A stretch of 9,506 bases of DNA from positions 1 through 9,506 of the forward strand of contig NW_021827911.1 in the NCBI RefSeq assembly GCF_006345805.1, written 5' to 3'. This DNA is from Octopus sinensis (Eukaryota). This document shows positions 6,897 to 9,506 of this stretch, one piece after another. Within the stretch, counting starts at the first letter, position 1. Each line of letters opens with the position of its first letter. The translations under genes were made by a program, and so were the position numbers. The notes below the pieces were generated by a model. That model saw only the letters and a list, made by a program, of their open reading frames with translations, searched no databases and was not told the DNA's origin.

Positions 6897-9506
6897 TGCC
6901 GGCAGTTTGTTCCATGCTTGCGTGTGTATGGAGGGGAGGAAATCAGGTGTAGTGTTGGTGAATCTCAGGAAGAATGGAAGTTTTGAAGGATGCAGTGCTC
7001 AGACAATTAACAACTGATGCCGGCAGTTTGTTCCATGCTTGCGTGTGTATGGAGGGGAGGAAATCAGGTGTAGTGTTCGTGAATCTCAGGAAGAATGGAA
7101 GTTTTGAAGGATGCAGTGCTCAGACAATTAACAACTGATGCCGGCAGATTGTTCCATGCTTGAGTGTGTATGGAGGGGAGGAAATCAGGTGTAGTGTTGG
7201 TGAATCTCAGGAAGAATGGAAGTTTTGAAGGATGCAGTGCTCAGACAATTAACAACTGATGCCGGCAGTTTGTTCCATGCTTGAGTGTGTATGGAGGGGA
7301 GGAAATCAGGTGTAGTGTTGGTGAATCTCAGGAAGAATGGAAGTTTTGAAGGATGCAGTGCTCAGACAATTAACAACTGATTCCGGCAGTTTGTTCCATG
7401 CTTGAGTGTGTATAGAGGGGAGGAAATCAGGTGTAGTGTTGGTGAATCTCAGGAAGAATGGAAGTTTTGAAGGTTGCAGTGCTCAGACAATTAACAACTG
7501 ATGCCGGCAGTTTGTTCCATGCTTGCGTGTGTATGGAGGGGAGGAAATCAGGTGTAGTGTTGGCGAATCTCAGGAAGAATGGAAGTTTTGAAGGATGCAG
7601 TGCTCAGACAATGAACAACTGATGCCGGCAGTTTGTTCCATGCTTGCATGTGTATGGAGGGGAGGAAATCAGGTGTAGTGTTGGTGAATCTCAGGAAGAA
7701 TGGAAGTTTTGAAGGATGCAGTGCTCAGACAATTAACAACTGATGCCGGCAGTTTGTTCCATGCTTGCGTGTGTATGGAGGGGAGGAAATCAGGTGTAGT
7801 GTTGGTGAATCTCAGGAAGAATGGAAGTTTTGAAGGATGCAGTGCTCAGACAATTAACAACTGATGCCGGCAGTTTGTTCCATGCTTGAGTGTGTATGGA
7901 GGGGAGGAAATCAGGTGTAGTGTTGGTGAATCTCAGGAAGAATGGAAGTTTTGAAGGATGCAGTGCTCAGACAATTAACAACTGATGCCGGCAGTTTGTT
8001 CCATGCTTGAGTGTGTATGGAGGGGAGGAAATCAGGTGTAGTGTTGGTGAATCTCAGGAAGAATGGAAGTTTTGAAGGATGCAGTGCTCAGACAATTAAA
8101 ACTGTAAGGCTGATGCCGGCAGTTTGTTCCATGCTTGAGTGTGTATGGAGGGGAGGAAATCAGGTGTAGTGTTGGTGAATCTCAGGAAGAATGGACGTTT
8201 TGAAGGTTGCAGTGCTCAGACAATTAACAACTGATGCCGGCAGTTTGTTCCATGCTTGCGTGTGTATGGAGGGGAGGAAATCAGGTGTAGTGTTGGCGAA
8301 TCTCAGGAAGAATGGAAGTTTTGAAGGATGCAGTGCTCAGACAATTAACAACTGATGCCGGCAGTTTGTTCCATGCTTGAGTGTGTATGGAGGGGCGGAA
8401 ATCAGGTGTAGTGTTGGTGAATCTCAGGAAGAATGGAAGTTTTGAAGGATGCAGTGCTCAGACAATTAACAACTGATGCCGGCAGTTTGTTCCATGCTTG
8501 CGTGTGTATGGAGGGAGGAAATCAGGTGTAGTGTTGGTGAATCTCAGGAAGAATGGAAGTTTTGAAGGATGCAGTTCTCAGACAATTAACACTGATGCCG
8601 GCAGTTTGTTCCATGCTTGCGTGTTGTATGGAGGGTAGGAAATCAGGTGTAGTGTTGGTGAATATCAGGAAGAATGGAAGTTTTGAAGGATGCAGTGCTG
8701 CAACCACTACCACTGATGCCGGCAGTTTTGTTCCATGCTTGAGGGTGTATGGAGGGGAGGAAATCAGGTGTAGTGTTGGTGAATCTCAGGAAGAAGGAAG
8801 TTTTGAAGGATGCAGTGCTCAGAACAATAACAACTGATGCCAGCAGTTTGTTCCAAGCTTGAGTGTGTATGGAGGGGAGGAAATCAGGTGTAGGGTTGGT
8901 GAATCTCAGGAAGAATGGAAGTTTTGAAGGATGCAGTGCTCAGACAATTAACAACTGATGCCGGCTGTTTGTTCTATGCTTGAGTGTGTATGGAGGGGAG
9001 GAAATCAGGTGTAGTGTTGGTGAATCTCAGGAAGAATGGAAGTTTTGAAGGATGCAGTGCTCAGACAATTAACAACTGATGCCGGCAGTTTGTTCCATGC
9101 TTGAGTGTGTATGGAGGGGAGGAAATCAGGTGTAGTGTTGGTGAATAACAGGAACAATGGAAGTTTTGAAGGATGCAGTGCTCAGACAATTAACAACTGA
9201 TGCCGGCAGTTTGTTCGATGCTTGAGTGTGTATGGAGGGGAGGAAATCAGGTGGAGTGTTGGTGAATCTCAGGAAGAATGGAAGTTTTGAAGGATGCAGT
9301 GCTCAGACAATTAACAACTGATGCCGGCAGTTTGTTCCATGCTTGAGTGTGTATGGAGGGGAGGAAATCAGGTATAGTGTTGGTGAATCACAGGAAGAAT
9401 GGAAGTTTTGAAGGATGCAGTGCTCAGACAATTAACAACTGATGCCGGCAGTTTGTTCCATGCTTGTGTGTGTATGGAGGGGAGGAAATCAGGTGTAGTG
9501 TTGGTG
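6897..9506. repeat. Second, partial copy of the 57-monomer unit (monomers 58-79, matching about 1-2586)
   Basis: Shares the TTCGTG, GGTTGC, GGCGA, GGACG, GGGGCGG, CAGTTCTC, AATATC, subtype B, GCCAGC, TCCAAG and AATCAC variants, and the A/C allele string of monomers 1-21. Confidence 0.93.

Larger units (their letters stand above)
1..9506. repeat. 121-bp tandem satellite array, about 78.5 monomers, running off both ends of the window
   Basis: TGCCGGCAG recurs (occasionally with a substitution) at 1, 119, 237, ... 1801, 1922, ... 6776, 6897, 7018, 7139 ... 9322, 9443. Spacing is exactly 121 bp in clean stretches. A consensus copy is 1801-1921. Most monomers differ from consensus at only a few positions. 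Confidence 0.99.

Noticed and set aside
8098-8110. About 7-bp insertion (…AAAACTGTAAGGCTGA…) in monomer 67
   Set aside because: It is a singleton, absent from the paralogous monomer 10, and probably a read error.
18-8837. The 63-120 aa ORFs in the supplied track as real genes
   Set aside because: All are translations of the same repeat. The 121-bp unit shifts frame with each copy, and ORF lengths depend on sporadic indels. Only the minus-strand WNKLP segment is informative, and only as a fossil.
1-9506. CRISPR array or repeat-spacer system
   Set aside because: There are no unique spacers; the entire unit is repeated, and the variable 8-bp block has essentially two states. No cas genes are present.
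1-9506. Long tandem-repeat protein gene
   Set aside because: The unit is not a multiple of 3, and stops are reached within about two monomers on both strands.
1-9506. Intact or autonomous retrotransposon, or tRNA-derived SINE
   Set aside because: No RT or endonuclease domain, Pol III A/B boxes, tail or target-site duplications are visible; only a ~120-bp fragment is repeated.
1-9506. Assignment to a named satellite family or species
   Set aside because: I do not recognise it with confidence; a database search is needed.

Overview
The whole 9506-bp window is one head-to-tail tandem array (satellite DNA) of a 121-bp monomer, about 78.5 copies. The consensus is TGCCGGCAGTTTGTTCCATGCTTGAGTGTGTATGGAGGGGAGGAAATCAGGTGTAGTGTTGGTGAATCTCAGGAAGAATGGAAGTTTTGAAGGATGCAGTGCTCAGACAATTAACAACTGA (about 45% GC, G-rich + strand). 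I find no credible genes, RNA genes or CRISPR array. First, read on the minus strand, each monomer is exactly 1 nt + 39 codons + TGA (FLPSIHTQAWNKLPASVVNCLSTASFKTSILPEIHQHYT*). This carries the F.P...WN.LP..V....S...FK motif typical of the extreme C-terminus of CR1/L2-group LINE ORF2, so the satellite appears to derive from a LINE 3' coding end. Second, shared sequence variants show nested higher-order structure. A 57-monomer (~6.9 kb) period contains a 13-monomer tandem duplication, and there are traces of 6-, 3- and 2-monomer periods and two monomer subtypes. Patchy singleton indels suggest a raw long read. All monomer counts and alignments were done by eye.
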